From: Nitratidesulfovibrio vulgaris str. Hildenborough
GTDB taxonomy: Bacteria > Desulfobacterota > Desulfovibrionia > Desulfovibrionales > Desulfovibrionaceae
Reading direction: 5' to 3'
DNA: 32,000 nt
Assembly: GCF_000195755.1 (NCBI RefSeq)
Contig: NC_002937.3
Location: forward strand, 150,001 to 182,000
Shown here: positions 7,903 to 17,029 of the stretch, piece by piece
Layout of the letters: every line of letters starts with the position of its first letter
Position numbering within the stretch: position 1 is the first letter of the stretch
The notes under the pieces: generated by a model
What the model saw: the letters and a program-made list of their open reading frames with translations, nothing else
What the model was told of the DNA's origin: nothing
Database searches by the model: none
Translations under genes and position numbers: made by a program

Positions 7903-7973
7903 TGGAACGGTTCCACCAACGATGTTCCTTTGAGGGAACATGTTCCTGTTCGGGTACGCAGTCTGAAGGAACC
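7903..7973. promoter_or_regulatory. array of GGAAC/GTTCC half-sites; candidate enhancer (UAS) for a sigma-54 activator
   Basis: TGGAAC-G-GTTCCA (7903-7915), TGTTCC-N6-GGAACA (7923-7940), GGAACATGTTCC (7935-7946), degenerate GTTCG (7948-7952), GGAAC (7968-7972). The array lies 76-146 bp upstream of the -24 box. Confidence 0.6.
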
Positions 7974-8212
7974 TGAGCCCATCCTCGCTCCTGCCATGGC
8001 TTTGTGGTAGCGATAGGCCAAGGTGTATGACGGGATGTGAAGGTGGGCCTTCGTACAGCGGCATCCGGTGCAGGGTGTCACGGGACACCGGGCGGTAGAC
8101 CGGGTGCGGAATCTCGCCGGAACACGTTGCAGGCCGCATCACGCCAGCCTTCACGGGCATGACCTGAAGCCCCGCACCGTCCTGTTTCGAAGCCGTCACA
8201 CAGGAGCGTTGC

Positions 8213-9346
8213 ATGAAGAAACGCCTTTTCGTTCTCCTTGTTCTTTTGGGTGTGGCGAGCGCTGCGGGGTGGTACGTGACCCGGCATGCGCCCGGAGATG
8301 GCCCGGAAGTGCTGCATGGGAACATCGACCATCGGCAGGTGGACCTCGCCTTCAAGGATGCAGAACGTGTGTCCACGGTGCAAGTGGACGAGGGTGACGC
8401 CGTTGCCGCCGGGGATGTGGTCGCCACGCTGGAAACGGAGCGCCTCGACCTTGAGATTGCCCGTTCCCGTGCCACGGTGCGGGCACAAGAGGCCGTCCTC
8501 GCCCGTCTTGAAGCCGGGTCCCGCCCGCAGGAGATTCGCCGTGCGGAGGCCGACGTGGCGGCGGCGGCAGCCGATGCGGTCAATGCCCGTGCCGTTCATG
8601 CGCGCATGGCCGCGTTGCTCGCCGTCGGGGGGGTGGCCCCGCAGGATGAGGAGAACGCCCGTGCCGCGCGTGATGTGGCCGAGGGCCGCGCCGCGCAGGC
8701 CAGGGCCCAACTCGCGCTGGTGCGCGAGGGGCCGCGTTCCGAAGACATCGATGAGGCGCGGGCCGCACTGGCGGCGCGCCGTCAGGAACTGGCGGTGCTC
8801 GAGCGGCGGCGTGTGGAGAGCGTGCTCGTCGCCCCCACGGCGGGTGTGGTGCGCAAGCGCCTTCTCGAACCGGGCGATATGGCTGCCCCGTCGCGCCCGG
8901 TGTGCACCATCGACCTCACCGGGGTGAAGTGGGTGCGGGTCTTCGTGCCGGAGTCCATGCTTGCGACCATGGTCCCGGGGCGCGCGGCGGAGGTGTCCGT
9001 CGACGGCGCACCGGGCAAGGTCTTCGCGGGCAGGGTGGCCCATGTGGCCGCGTCTGCCGAATTCACGCCCCGCAATGTGGAGACGCCTGAACTGCGCACA
9101 TCGCTGGTGTACGAGGTGCGGGTGCTCGTGGATGACCCGGGAGGGCTGCTGCGACTCGGCATGCCCGCCACGGTACGGCTGGTGTCCCTCGCTCCTTCTG
9201 CAGCCTCTTCGGGTGGAGACGTGAACGCCTCCGACAGCGGGCCACTTGCGAGCAACAGGTCACGTGCGATGCCGCACAGGGGGGACGCTGGCCAGAGCGC
9301 TGCTGCGGCGAGCGGTGCGGCGCATGGCGGGGGGCACGATTCGTGA
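8213..9346 (+). CDS. HlyD-family membrane fusion/periplasmic adaptor protein (YbhG-like)
   Basis: N-terminal anchor MKKRLFVLLVLLGVASAAGWYV. Coiled-coil Ala/Arg-rich centre and beta-barrel-like C-terminal part, then a low-complexity tail. AGGAG lies 6 nt upstream. The stop overlaps the next start (GTGA). Confidence 0.85.
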   Translation: MKKRLFVLLVLLGVASAAGWYVTRHAPGDGPEVLHGNIDHRQVDLAFKDAERVSTVQVDEGDAVAAGDVVATLETERLDLEIARSRATVRAQEAVLARLEAGSRPQEIRRAEADVAAAAADAVNARAVHARMAALLAVGGVAPQDEENARAARDVAEGRAAQARAQLALVREGPRSEDIDEARAALAARRQELAVLERRRVESVLVAPTAGVVRKRLLEPGDMAAPSRPVCTIDLTGVKWVRVFVPESMLATMVPGRAAEVSVDGAPGKVFAGRVAHVAASAEFTPRNVETPELRTSLVYEVRVLVDDPGGLLRLGMPATVRLVSLAPSAASSGGDVNASDSGPLASNRSRAMPHRGDAGQSAAAASGAAHGGGHDS

Positions 9347-12300
9347 CCCGTCGTCAGGGCCACGGCAAGGCACATGAAGTCCCTCGCGCGGTGTGCACGG
9401 TGCAAGGCGAAGGGGCTGCGCTCCTGTGCCGGGGGCTGGTTCGGGGCTTCGGTTCCGGCAAGGCGCGTGTCCGTGCCCTTGATGGTGTCACCGTATCACT
9501 CGCGAGAGGCACGGTGACAGGCCTCGTGGGGCCGGATGGCGCTGGCAAGACCACGCTCTTGCGCATCGCCGCCGGGTTGCTGGTCCCTGACGAGGGCGAG
9601 ATGACCGTGCTCGGTCATGATGCTGTGCGTGACCCGCTCGCCATCCAGTCGCGCATCGGCTACATGCCGCAGCGTTTCGGCCTGTACGAAGACCTCACCG
9701 TGGCCGAGAATCTCACCCTCTACGCCGACCTGCAAGGCGTGACGTACGAAGCGCGTAAGCGTCGCTGGCCGCATCTCATGCGCCTGACGGGGCTGGCCCC
9801 CTTCATGGACAGGCTGGCTGGCAGGCTTTCGGGCGGTATGAAGCAGAAGCTGGGCCTCGCCTGCACGCTGGTGAAGTCGCCCGACATGCTGCTTCTCGAT
9901 GAACCCACCGTAGGGGTCGACCCCCTGTCGCGCCGTGAGTTGTGGAACATCGTCCATGGTCTCGTCCGGGAGGACGGCATCACGGTACTCGTCAGCACTG
10001 CCTATCTCGACGAGGCGGAGATGTGCGACCGGGTGCTGGTGCTGGCCGGGGGAAGGGTGTTGGGTGACGCCCAGCCCGCAGACTACCTCAAGGGTCTTGC
10101 GGGATGCGCCTTTGCCGTCGCACCAGACGGGAGGCCCCCCCGCGAGGTGCAGCACGGACTGTACGGTGTGCCGGGCGTGCTGGATGCGACGGTGCGGGAC
10201 GGCCGCGTGCACCTGCTGTGCGCGACGCCCCGGACTGTGGAGAGTCTACCGGGTGACGGCCCGTTCATGCCCCGTCCGTTACGTTTCGAGGACGGTTTCA
10301 TGGCCCTCTTCCGACGCCGCAGGGCCGACGGCGAGACGCCATCTGCTCCCGACGCCGCAGGGGAGGGGCAGAACCTCACCCATGTCGCACCCGCCGAGGC
10401 CGACGTCTCTGGTGCTCTTGGTGCGTCAGGCGCGTCGGGTGGGGTGGCAGGGCGAGTCGGAAGGGCAGGGCCGGACATGTTGGAGGGGCGGGATGACCTT
10501 CGTACGGTCACACCTCCACCCGTCGGAGACGGAGATGGGGCCTCGTCGTCGGCATCGCGCCCTGTGGTGCTGGCATCCTCTGGGAATGACACGGTGACGG
10601 GGCACTCCAGTGAAGGGGCGCACCCGCATGCCGTGCCGGGACCTGCCCTTGTGGAGGTGCGCGGTCTCGAACGGCGTTTCGGGGCGTTCCGTGCCGTGCA
10701 TGACGTCTCGTTCGATGTGCGGCAGGGTGAGGTGTTCGGCCTGCTGGGGCCCAACGGCGCGGGCAAGAGCACCACCTTCAGGATGTTGTGCGGCCTGTTG
10801 CCGCCCACGGCGGGAACGCTGCGTGTGGGCGGGGTCGACCTGCGTACGGCGGCGGCCGAGGCACGCAGGCAGGTGGGGTATGTGGCGCAGCGGTTCTCGC
10901 AATATGGCGGGCTTTCGGTGCGCGAGAACCTCGACTTCTACGCCGGGGCCTACGGGCTGCGGGGGGCGCGTCGCAACGAGCGCATCCTCTGGGCGCTGGA
11001 GGAGATGGGGCTGGCCCCGTGGCGGGATACCGCAGCGGGGACGCTGCCGCTTGGGCACAGGCAACGCCTTGCGCTGGCGTGTGCGCTGCTGCACGAACCG
11101 CGCATCCTTTTTCTGGACGAGGTGACCTCGGGCGTGGACCCTCTGGCGCGCCGCGCTTTCTGGCGTCGTATCACGGGGCTTGCGCGGGACGGGGTCACCA
11201 TCATCGTCACGACACATTTTCTGGAAGAGGCGGAGTACTGCGACAGGCTGGCAGTGCTGGCAGGGGGTGAACTGCTGGCGCTGGGGACACCCGACGACGT
11301 ACGCGCGCTTGGCGGCGGAACGTCCATCGAGGAGGCGTTCATCACGCTGGTGGAACGCCGTCGTGCGTCGCCGCAGGGTGGGGCGCCAGCCGGGGAATCC
11401 ACCTCGGGGGACGCCGCTGTTGTTCCGGACTCTCTTGGTCTTGAGGGGCCGCAAGGGGAGACGACGGGCCTGTCGTCCTCTCCGGGGACGTCTCCGGAGA
11501 CGTCCCCGGCACGGTTGTCACCACCTTCGCACGATGACGCGCCGTCTTTCACGGTATGTCCGGCATCGTCGCGTCCGGGACCGTCGCATCCGGGACCGTC
11601 CGTTGACGGCGCGGTGTGTCCTGCCATGGAAGGGGCGGGAGGGGCTGAACGGGCTGAGCGGGCCGCGACACGTGCGAAGGACGATGTCTCGCCGTTGCAG
11701 GCCTATCTGATGCGGATGCGCGGGCTGCTGGTGAAGGAGGCGTTGCAGATTGTGCGCGACCCCAGCAGCATAGCCATCGCCCTCGTCATGCCCGTGGTGC
11801 TGCTTCTGCTCTTCGGCTACGGCGTAAGCCTCGACGCGCGCAACATCCCCGTGGCGGTGGTGCTGGACGAGCGCAGCGACGAGGCCGAGTCGCTGGCTGC
11901 GCGCTTCCTTTCGGGAACCACCTTCAAGGGGGCGGTGTACCGGGATGCGGCGGCGGCCCTCGAGGATTTCCGTCAGCGACGAGTGGAGGCCATGGTGCGT
12001 GTCCCCGAAGGGTTCGCCCGCGGTCTGCAAGCGGGAGGCACCCCGGTGGTGCAGCTGGTGGTCAACGGTGTGGACGCCAACAGGGCGCGCCTCGTGATGG
12101 GCTACGTGAACGGGGCATGGCAGGGGTGGCTTGCCTCGCGGGCGACGGGCAGGCCCGGCTACCCGTCGATGGTCACGATGCAGGATGACGGCACCCCGCT
12201 GCGGGGAGGGCCGCCCGTGAACGTCAGTGCGCGCGTGTGGTTCAACCCCGAGGCTGAAAGCCGCAACTACCTCGTGCCGGGGCTGGTGGTGCTGGTGATG

Positions 12301-12858
12301 ACGCTCATCGGGACACTGCTCACGGCACTGGTCATGGCCCGCGAGTGGGAACGGGGGACGATGGAGGCGCTGCTGGTGACCCCGGTGCGCATCGGCGAGT
12401 TGCTGGTGGGCAAGCTGCTGCCCTACTTCGTACTCGGCATGGCGGGTATGGGGCTGTGCACCTCGTTGGCATTGTGGCTGTTCGACGTGCCATTGAGGGG
12501 CTCGGCACTCGTGCTGCTTGGCATGGCCTCGCTCTTTCTTCTGGCGGCACTGGGGATGGGGCTGCTCATCTCCGTGCTGGCGCGGAACCAGTTCGTCGCC
12601 GGACAGGCTGCCATCCTTGTGGCGTTCCTCCCGGCCTTCTTCCTGTCGGGTTTCATCTTCGACCTCGCAGCGGCCCCCGCGCCCATCCGTGCCGTGTCGC
12701 ACCTCATCGCAGCGCGGTATTTCGCCTCGTCACTCAAGACCATCTTCCTCGCGGGCGACGTCACGGCGGTGCTGCTGCCCGACGCATTGGCGCTTGCCAT
12801 CCTCGCCACCGTGCTGCTGGGCCTTGCGCGGCGGCGCATGCACAAAAGGCTGGAGTAG
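9343..12858 (+). CDS. ABC transporter with two ATPase domains fused to an ABC-2 permease domain (YbhF-YbhS-like fusion)
   Basis: NBD1 has Walker A GPDGAGKTT, signature LSGGMKQKL and Walker B LLLDEP. NBD2 has Walker A GPNGAGKST, a degenerate signature LPLGHRQRL and Walker B LFLDEV. The C-terminal ~380 aa form a six-TM ABC-2-type permease. It is one uninterrupted 1171-codon frame. Confidence 0.85.
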   Translation: MTRRQGHGKAHEVPRAVCTVQGEGAALLCRGLVRGFGSGKARVRALDGVTVSLARGTVTGLVGPDGAGKTTLLRIAAGLLVPDEGEMTVLGHDAVRDPLAIQSRIGYMPQRFGLYEDLTVAENLTLYADLQGVTYEARKRRWPHLMRLTGLAPFMDRLAGRLSGGMKQKLGLACTLVKSPDMLLLDEPTVGVDPLSRRELWNIVHGLVREDGITVLVSTAYLDEAEMCDRVLVLAGGRVLGDAQPADYLKGLAGCAFAVAPDGRPPREVQHGLYGVPGVLDATVRDGRVHLLCATPRTVESLPGDGPFMPRPLRFEDGFMALFRRRRADGETPSAPDAAGEGQNLTHVAPAEADVSGALGASGASGGVAGRVGRAGPDMLEGRDDLRTVTPPPVGDGDGASSSASRPVVLASSGNDTVTGHSSEGAHPHAVPGPALVEVRGLERRFGAFRAVHDVSFDVRQGEVFGLLGPNGAGKSTTFRMLCGLLPPTAGTLRVGGVDLRTAAAEARRQVGYVAQRFSQYGGLSVRENLDFYAGAYGLRGARRNERILWALEEMGLAPWRDTAAGTLPLGHRQRLALACALLHEPRILFLDEVTSGVDPLARRAFWRRITGLARDGVTIIVTTHFLEEAEYCDRLAVLAGGELLALGTPDDVRALGGGTSIEEAFITLVERRRASPQGGAPAGESTSGDAAVVPDSLGLEGPQGETTGLSSSPGTSPETSPARLSPPSHDDAPSFTVCPASSRPGPSHPGPSVDGAVCPAMEGAGGAERAERAATRAKDDVSPLQAYLMRMRGLLVKEALQIVRDPSSIAIALVMPVVLLLLFGYGVSLDARNIPVAVVLDERSDEAESLAARFLSGTTFKGAVYRDAAAALEDFRQRRVEAMVRVPEGFARGLQAGGTPVVQLVVNGVDANRARLVMGYVNGAWQGWLASRATGRPGYPSMVTMQDDGTPLRGGPPVNVSARVWFNPEAESRNYLVPGLVVLVMTLIGTLLTALVMAREWERGTMEALLVTPVRIGELLVGKLLPYFVLGMAGMGLCTSLALWLFDVPLRGSALVLLGMASLFLLAALGMGLLISVLARNQFVAGQAAILVAFLPAFFLSGFIFDLAAAPAPIRAVSHLIAARYFASSLKTIFLAGDVTAVLLPDALALAILATVLLGLARRRMHKRLE

Positions 12859-12861
12859 GGC

Positions 12862-13974
12862 ATGGAGACGCTCGTCCGCATCATGGCGCTCATCCGCAAG
12901 GAGTTCCTCGCCCTGTTCAAGGACAGGCGCAGTCGCGTGGTGGTGATCATCCCTCCGCTCATCCAGACCATCGTGTTCGGGTACGCGGCCACCTTCGATG
13001 TGGAGAGGGTGCCCTGCGCCGTCATGGACGAGGACAGGAGTGGTGCGTCGCGCGAACTTCTGGCGCGGCTTGAGGGTTCACGCGCCTTCCGCGTGGCCCT
13101 CGTCGCCACGGACGCCCGCATGATGGCGGATGCCGTGGACAGGGGGGAGGTGGTCATGGCCCTGCGCATCCCGCAGGGGTTCGAGCGCGCCGTGCACTCC
13201 GGCGCGGTGACCGTGCAGGCGGTGGTGGACGGGCGCAACTCCAACACGGGCACGCTGGCGGTCAACTACCTCCAGACCGTGGTGGCGGGATACAACGAGA
13301 CGGTGCTGCACCGCATCTCCGGGGCAGGGCCTCCGGCGAATCTGGTGATGCGGGCGTGGTACAACCCCAACCTGCTCAGCCGCTGGTTCTTCGTACCGGG
13401 CATCCTCGCCATGGTCACGCTGGTGGTCACGCTGCTGGTGACGGCGCTGTCGGTGGCGCGGGAACGTGAACAGGGCACCTTCGACCAGTTGCTGGTGGCC
13501 CCGTACCGCCCTGCGGAGGTGCTGGTCGGCAAGGCGGTGCCCGGCATGGTCATCGGCCTCGTGGAGGTGACGGGCATCCTGTGCCTTGCGGTCTACTGGT
13601 TCGACGTGCCCATGCGGGGCAGCCTTCTCACGCTGTATGCGGGGCTGGGGCTCTTTCTCTTCTCGGTCGTGGGCGTGGGGCTCATGGTCTCGTCGCTGGC
13701 GGCGACCATGCAGCAGGGGTTGCTGGGAACCTTCCTGTTCACCATGCCCGCCGTCATCCTCTCCGGCTTCGCCACGCCCGTTGCCAACATGGCGGACGGG
13801 GTGCGGCAGATGACGGTGGTGAACCCCTTGCGCTACATCCTCGTCATCATCCGTTCGGTGTTCCTCGAAGGGGCCGACGCGGCGGTGCTGGCCCGTGAAC
13901 TATGGCCGCTTGCCGCCATCGGCCTTTTCTGCATGACCGTGGCGACATGGCTGTTCAGGCGCAGGGTCTACTAG
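12862..13974 (+). CDS. ABC-2 type transporter permease (YbhR-like)
   Basis: 370 aa with an N-terminal cytoplasmic segment, a large first loop, then five further TM segments. Paralogous in pattern to the C-terminal domain of the preceding gene. GGAG lies 6 nt upstream of the ATG. Confidence 0.85.
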   Translation: METLVRIMALIRKEFLALFKDRRSRVVVIIPPLIQTIVFGYAATFDVERVPCAVMDEDRSGASRELLARLEGSRAFRVALVATDARMMADAVDRGEVVMALRIPQGFERAVHSGAVTVQAVVDGRNSNTGTLAVNYLQTVVAGYNETVLHRISGAGPPANLVMRAWYNPNLLSRWFFVPGILAMVTLVVTLLVTALSVAREREQGTFDQLLVAPYRPAEVLVGKAVPGMVIGLVEVTGILCLAVYWFDVPMRGSLLTLYAGLGLFLFSVVGVGLMVSSLAATMQQGLLGTFLFTMPAVILSGFATPVANMADGVRQMTVVNPLRYILVIIRSVFLEGADAAVLARELWPLAAIGLFCMTVATWLFRRRVY

Positions 13975-14189
13975 GTGACCGACGCCGTTGGCGTATCCCC
14001 GCGCCGTTGACCCTCGCTTGTTCGTCATGTGCGGTGTATGGCATCGCAACAGACCCCATCAGGCCCCGACAGGCACCGGAAGACACCGACACAGGCGTCA
14101 TCAGGTGCCCTAAGGTGCCATCGGGTTTTATCGGGCGTTACCGCGAGGCCGTGGTGCATCGAAACATCTCGGCGGTAACGACCGGATAG

Positions 14190-15248
14190 CTACTCTCGTG
14201 GTTCGACCGCGCCAGAAACGCCTGATACGCCGGGTGCGCCGGGCAGTCCTTCGCGTGCGAGTTGCAGCCCGAGGGCAAGCAGCACGGGCCCAAGCAGGAG
14301 CCCCATGGGGCCGAAGGCTGCAAGACCGCAGATGATGGCAAGGAATATCAGTGCGATGGGGGCTTCGATGCCTGTCTTCAGGAAGATGGGCCGCAGGATG
14401 TTGTCCGACCCCGAGACGATGATGGCACTCCACAGCACGAGACCGATGGCCGCCGTGGTCTTGCCTGCGAACCACAGCCACGCACAGGCGGGAATCCACA
14501 CCGCCATGGTGCCCACCACGGGGATGGGCGCCACCATCGCGGCGATGAATCCCCAGAATGCCGCTTGCGGTACGCCCGCCACGGCGAAGCCGATGCCGCA
14601 CAGCACGCCCTGTATGGCGGCCACAAGGACCACGCCCGCCAGCACACCCACCACAGCCCCCCTGAAGGCCGTGACGCAACGGTCGAGCATCGCGCGGGGC
14701 ATGGGCAGCAACGCCAGCGCGAAGCGCTGGATGTGCCGGGCGTAGGCGGTGAACACGAAGATGAGCATCAGCACGATGAAGCCCTGAAGCACGGCGTTGA
14801 GCGCACCGCCCGCAAGGCCCACCCCTCCCGCCAGCGCCGTCCGCGCCGCGGTGCCGAGGATGCCCGCCGCATTGCGTGCAAGCCCGCGCAGACCCCCCTC
14901 CAGCCCCGGCAGGTCGCGTAGCCGTGCGTCGATGTCATCCACAAGTTGTTGGGCCTCAGGGCTGGTGAACCAGTTCGATTCGCGCAGACCGTCGAGTACG
15001 GCAAGGCCCTGCACCGCCTGCGGTGCGGCGAGGCTGCCCACCACCGCCACCGGGATGACGAGGCACATGCCTGCCAGCGCCGTGGTGAGACCGGCGGCCA
15101 CCAGCGGGCCGCGCCACGCTTCCAGACGTCTGCTCAAGGGGCGGAAGGCACAGGCAAGGCAGGCGGCAAAGAACAGCGCCTTGAGAAACGACGAGAACAG
15201 GGCCGCACCGGCGGCGAAGGCGGCCAGCAGAAGCCAGCGTGTGGACAT
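14190..15248 (-). CDS. AI-2E family transporter (PerM/YhhT-like)
   Basis: Polytopic membrane protein with the typical C-terminal region (DNILRPIFLKTGIEAPIALIFLAIICGLAAFGPMGLLLGP). I prefer the start at ATG 15248 (AGGGGA 6 nt upstream). The track ORF extends to 15305. Confidence 0.75.
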   Translation of the reverse strand: MSTRWLLLAAFAAGAALFSSFLKALFFAACLACAFRPLSRRLEAWRGPLVAAGLTTALAGMCLVIPVAVVGSLAAPQAVQGLAVLDGLRESNWFTSPEAQQLVDDIDARLRDLPGLEGGLRGLARNAAGILGTAARTALAGGVGLAGGALNAVLQGFIVLMLIFVFTAYARHIQRFALALLPMPRAMLDRCVTAFRGAVVGVLAGVVLVAAIQGVLCGIGFAVAGVPQAAFWGFIAAMVAPIPVVGTMAVWIPACAWLWFAGKTTAAIGLVLWSAIIVSGSDNILRPIFLKTGIEAPIALIFLAIICGLAAFGPMGLLLGPVLLALGLQLAREGLPGAPGVSGVSGAVEPRE

Positions 15249-15492
15249 GGGGTATCCCCTGCGTTTGAGGTGGGAGAGGTCGACGCAATACGCGTCATAC
15301 AGCACGAGGGTTGCGCGTGTCCACTTGCGGACGTAGCAGCCGGGTTATCTTTCCGGCGCAGTATCCCGGGAGTCGCTCCTCTCCGGTTGTCACGGTTGGC
15401 GAATATATCCTTGCTTGTGTCACAAAAGCTCTGTAGGTACAGGAGGATGGGCATTAGATTCTAACGGTGGATCCCATCGCCGTGGAGGTTGC

Positions 15493-16851
15493 ATGGGGCT
15501 GGATACGCGCTACAGGGCCATCTTCAAGTCGTTACCGCAGCCGGCGTTTGTCATCGACGGCCGGCGACGGATTCTCGATTGCAACGGGGCGGCTGTGCGG
15601 ATGCTGGGCGTTGCGCCCTCGTGCCATATCGGCGACAGGCTCGAAACCTGCCTGCCGGGGCTCGAACCGGATGAGCTTGCGCCATGCGGGCCCACGGAGT
15701 TCGAGCGCAGATGGAACATGCACGGTGAAGAAAGGCATTTCCGTGTGCGCGTGGCCCCTGTGCTGGAACAGGAACGCAGACCCCCGGCCGTCGATTCAGG
15801 TAACGGTGCGGTTGTGGTCATCACCGACATCACCGAGCGGCGTCGGCAACTTTCCGAGCGGTTGCGGCTTGGGGCCATGGTCGAGTTCATCGACGACGCC
15901 ATCGTCGCCTTCGATGGTGAAGGGCGCATCACCGCATGGAATCCGGGGGCCGAACGCACCTACGGATACCGGCGTGACGAGGTGGTCGGCCAAGATGTCA
16001 TGCTGCTGATGCCACGAGACCGTAAGTACGAGGCCGTCGGGCTGCACGACAGGGTGCTTCGCGGGGGCGAGACGGTGCGGGTGGAGACGTTGCGCCGTCG
16101 CGCCGGGGGCGAGGTCTTTCCTGTTTCGCTCACCCTTTCGCCGGTTCAGGATGATGCGGGGCGAATCGTAGGTGTCTCGGCCCTCGCCCGCGACATCACC
16201 GACCGCTGGCGATTGCAGGAGGCGCGGGCCCGCCATCTGGGTGACCTGCGTGGTGCACTGGCAGGCACGGTACGCGCCTTGTCGCGTGCCGCCGGACTGC
16301 GCGACTCGTACACGGCCCTTCATCAGCAGCGGGTGGCGCGGCTTGCCGTGGCGGTGGGGCAGGAACTTGGCATGGGGGCCGCCAGTCTCGAGACACTCGA
16401 AACGGCGTCACTTCTCCATGACATAGGCAAGGTGTCCATCCCGGCGGAGGTGCTGGTCAAACCCGTCAAGCTGACGACGCTGGAGATGGCCCTCGTCCGT
16501 AGTCATGTGGAACAGGGGTGGGAGGTGCTGCACGACGTGCCCTTCTCAGGGCCTGTCGCCGAGGTGGTCTACCAGCATCACGAACGGCTTGACGGAACAG
16601 GCTACCCGCGCGGCCTGCGTGGTGACGCCATCCTGCAGGAAGCACGTATCGTCACCGTGTGCGATGTGGTGGAGGCCATGAGCAGCCACCGGCCTTATCG
16701 TCCGGCGCTGGGCGTCGAAGTGGCCCTTGCCGAGGTGGAACGCCACGCAGGGACGCGCTACGCGCCGGAGGTGGTGGCAGCACTACGCCGTGTGCTTGAT
16801 ACGCCCGATGGTGGTTTGCGCCGCGAATTGGCAGAGACCTTCTCGGATTGA
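15493..16851 (+). CDS. PAS-PAS-HD-GYP domain protein (putative c-di-GMP phosphodiesterase)
   Basis: Two PAS-like repeats, then an HD-GYP catalytic domain with LLHDIGK and HHERLDGTGYPRGL. I prefer the start at ATG 15493 (GGAGG 4 nt upstream). The track ORF starts at 15415. Confidence 0.85.
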   Translation: MGLDTRYRAIFKSLPQPAFVIDGRRRILDCNGAAVRMLGVAPSCHIGDRLETCLPGLEPDELAPCGPTEFERRWNMHGEERHFRVRVAPVLEQERRPPAVDSGNGAVVVITDITERRRQLSERLRLGAMVEFIDDAIVAFDGEGRITAWNPGAERTYGYRRDEVVGQDVMLLMPRDRKYEAVGLHDRVLRGGETVRVETLRRRAGGEVFPVSLTLSPVQDDAGRIVGVSALARDITDRWRLQEARARHLGDLRGALAGTVRALSRAAGLRDSYTALHQQRVARLAVAVGQELGMGAASLETLETASLLHDIGKVSIPAEVLVKPVKLTTLEMALVRSHVEQGWEVLHDVPFSGPVAEVVYQHHERLDGTGYPRGLRGDAILQEARIVTVCDVVEAMSSHRPYRPALGVEVALAEVERHAGTRYAPEVVAALRRVLDTPDGGLRRELAETFSD

Positions 16852-17029
16852 GGACGCCGTAGCGAGGCGGGTTGTTCAAATCGCCTGCCGGGTGCGAATC
16901 GATGTGCCCATGGGCTGCCTACAAGGGCGTGAACATATCCGGTTTCATTCCGGTTGCATCGGGCGCGTGGGGCAGCACCGGACCGGTATCATGCCGTGCC
17001 GCGCCATCCCCTGCCGCGTGAGGGGCCGG

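Noticed and set aside
7997-8011. Sigma-54-like sequence TGGCTT-TGTGG-TAGCG on the plus strand, upstream of the HlyD/ABC operon.
   Set aside because: The GG/GC spacing is correct, but the -24 and -12 flanks are poor (TT for AC, TAGC for TTGC). It lies only about 25 bp from the nearest GGAAC site and about 200 nt from the start codon. It is not strong enough to call without TSS data.
15447-15464. Mini-ORF ATG GGC ATT AGA TTC TAA directly after AGGAGG.
   Set aside because: The Shine-Dalgarno abuts the ATG with no spacer, and the ORF has only five codons. It more likely reflects the palindrome noted there.
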